Origin: Candidatus Omnitrophota bacterium | GTDB taxonomy: Bacteria > Omnitrophota > Omnitrophia > Omnitrophales > Aquincolibacteriaceae | Length of the DNA stretch: 30,171 nucleotides | Direction of reading: 5' to 3' | Assembly (NCBI GenBank): GCA_043803685.1 | Contig: JAZDJU010000091.1 | Location: 1-30,171 of the forward strand | Shown here: positions 29,095-30,171 of the stretch, piece after piece | Position numbering within the stretch: the stretch's first letter is position 1 | How the letters are laid out: each line of letters begins with the position of its first letter | The notes under the pieces: model-generated | What the model saw: the letters and a program-made list of their open reading frames with translations, nothing else | What the model was told of the DNA's origin: nothing | Databases searched by the model: none | Position numbers and translations under genes: made by a program

Positions 29095-29643
29095 ATGGCG
29101 AAAAAGGTTAAGACGGCCCAAAAAACTGCGACGAAAGATCAACTGCCAGACTTGGTGAGCGGCATGACCCGCCTTGTCGAGCGGCTCGAAGCTCTGGAAA
29201 GAAAAACAGAACAGGTCCTGAGCCGCGTCGGGTTGCTTCCGAACGAACTCCGGCGTGCGATCCAGGAACTTTCTCGCCCGCAGGCGGCCCATTACTCCCA
29301 GCCAACCCCGCGCCCGGATCAATCCTTTCAGCAGAATCAGGGGCCGCGCGAAAGGATTCTTTATCAGGCGGTCTGTGCCGATTGCCAGAAACGCTGCGAA
29401 GTTCCTTTTAAACCGAGCGGAGACAGGCCGGTCTATTGCCCGGAGTGTTTCGCGATCCGGAAGGCCGGGCACGCCCCCAAAGACCTGACCTCTCATGTGG
29501 TCGTGCCGCAACACCTGAAAATAATAAAACCCGTTTCTCTCGCAGAGATGAAGCCGGCCTTGGCCCCCAAGGGGAAACAAGCTAAGCCCGCCATGAAAAC
29601 CAAGAAAGTCGCCTCCAAAGGCAGCGTCAAAAAGAAGAAGTAA
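29095..29643 (+). CDS. CxxC-x17-CxxC zinc-ribbon domain protein
   Basis: LYQAVCADC-QKRCEVPFKPSGDRPVY-CPEC has exactly 17 residues between the Cys pairs. GGAGG RBS, N-terminal coiled-coil-like segment and Lys-rich tail. Confidence 0.88.
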   Translation: MAKKVKTAQKTATKDQLPDLVSGMTRLVERLEALERKTEQVLSRVGLLPNELRRAIQELSRPQAAHYSQPTPRPDQSFQQNQGPRERILYQAVCADCQKRCEVPFKPSGDRPVYCPECFAIRKAGHAPKDLTSHVVVPQHLKIIKPVSLAEMKPALAPKGKQAKPAMKTKKVASKGSVKKKK

Positions 29644-29750
29644 TTGCGCCGGGAATGTCGCGAACGAGAGTGAAGAATAAAGGCTCTCATAAACGCTGGC
29701 GCGGCACTCCAAGGACGCTCAGCGGAAGCTTGCTTTAAAAGGAGGTTGCG

Positions 29751-30149
29751 ATGAAAAAACGGTTTTTGTTGGCGATCATTCTTATTCCAGCAGCGGTTTT
29801 TGCGGCGGGGCTCAGGATCGACCTCCAGGTCCTGGGAGAGAAGCTTCAGAAGAAGCCCGATCACAACGTCGAAACCCTTGCGAAAATGGGGATCGACCCC
29901 GGCCAGATCGATTTTAAAGGGAAGCCCTGGTGGACGTTTAAAGACGAAGACAGCCTTTTTAAACGACTCTTTGGATGGAACCCAGTGAAGCAGATGAGCG
30001 ACGAGTCCTGGGAAGCTTCCCAGACGATAAAAAAGAGCCTAGGCGGGGGATTTGCCGAAGGGCTCCAGGCGCAGGCGGACGCCGCGGCAACCCAGGCCCG
30101 TCTTAATCAGCAAAGGATCCAGCAGCAGGTGCGGGAGATGGAACGGTAA
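29751..30149 (+). CDS. Hypothetical exported protein
   Basis: AGGAGG RBS, signal peptide-like MKKRFLLAIILIPAAVFA and a Gln/Ala-rich helical C-terminus. No recognised family. Confidence 0.75.
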   Translation: MKKRFLLAIILIPAAVFAAGLRIDLQVLGEKLQKKPDHNVETLAKMGIDPGQIDFKGKPWWTFKDEDSLFKRLFGWNPVKQMSDESWEASQTIKKSLGGGFAEGLQAQADAAATQARLNQQRIQQQVREMER

Positions 30150-30171
30150 CCGCAAAAAAAAGAGAACCCCA

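Overview
This window is a bacterial replication-origin region. The gene order and protein styles suggest a PVC-group organism, possibly Ca. Omnitrophota, but that is an inference and was not checked. Genes diverge from the rpmH-dnaA gap. Leftward (minus strand) run rpmH-rnpA-yidD-yidC-mnmG, two parS sites, parA-parB, then a carbohydrate locus (sugar-binding lipoprotein, GH94 phosphorylase, exported beta-1,2-glucanase-clan protein, ROK regulator), bioB and the start of a Rossmann-fold gene. Rightward (plus strand) run dnaA-dnaN-dciA(DUF721)-gyrB-gyrA-serS-tRNA-Ser(GGA), two alkaline-phosphatase-superfamily genes, tRNA-Ser(GCT), a CxxC-x17-CxxC protein and an exported hypothetical protein. The most notable observations are: (1) a locus whose two enzymes resemble separated domains of cyclic beta-1,2-glucan synthase; (2) a 1-nt frameshift in the signal peptide of its binding protein; (3) a BioB with an unusual auxiliary-cluster ligand set; (4) a mirror-symmetric 7-bp-periodic array in the tRNA-Ser leader; (5) a bipartite oriC with two outward-facing unwinding-like modules. 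No CRISPR array, rRNA, transposase or integrase is visible.
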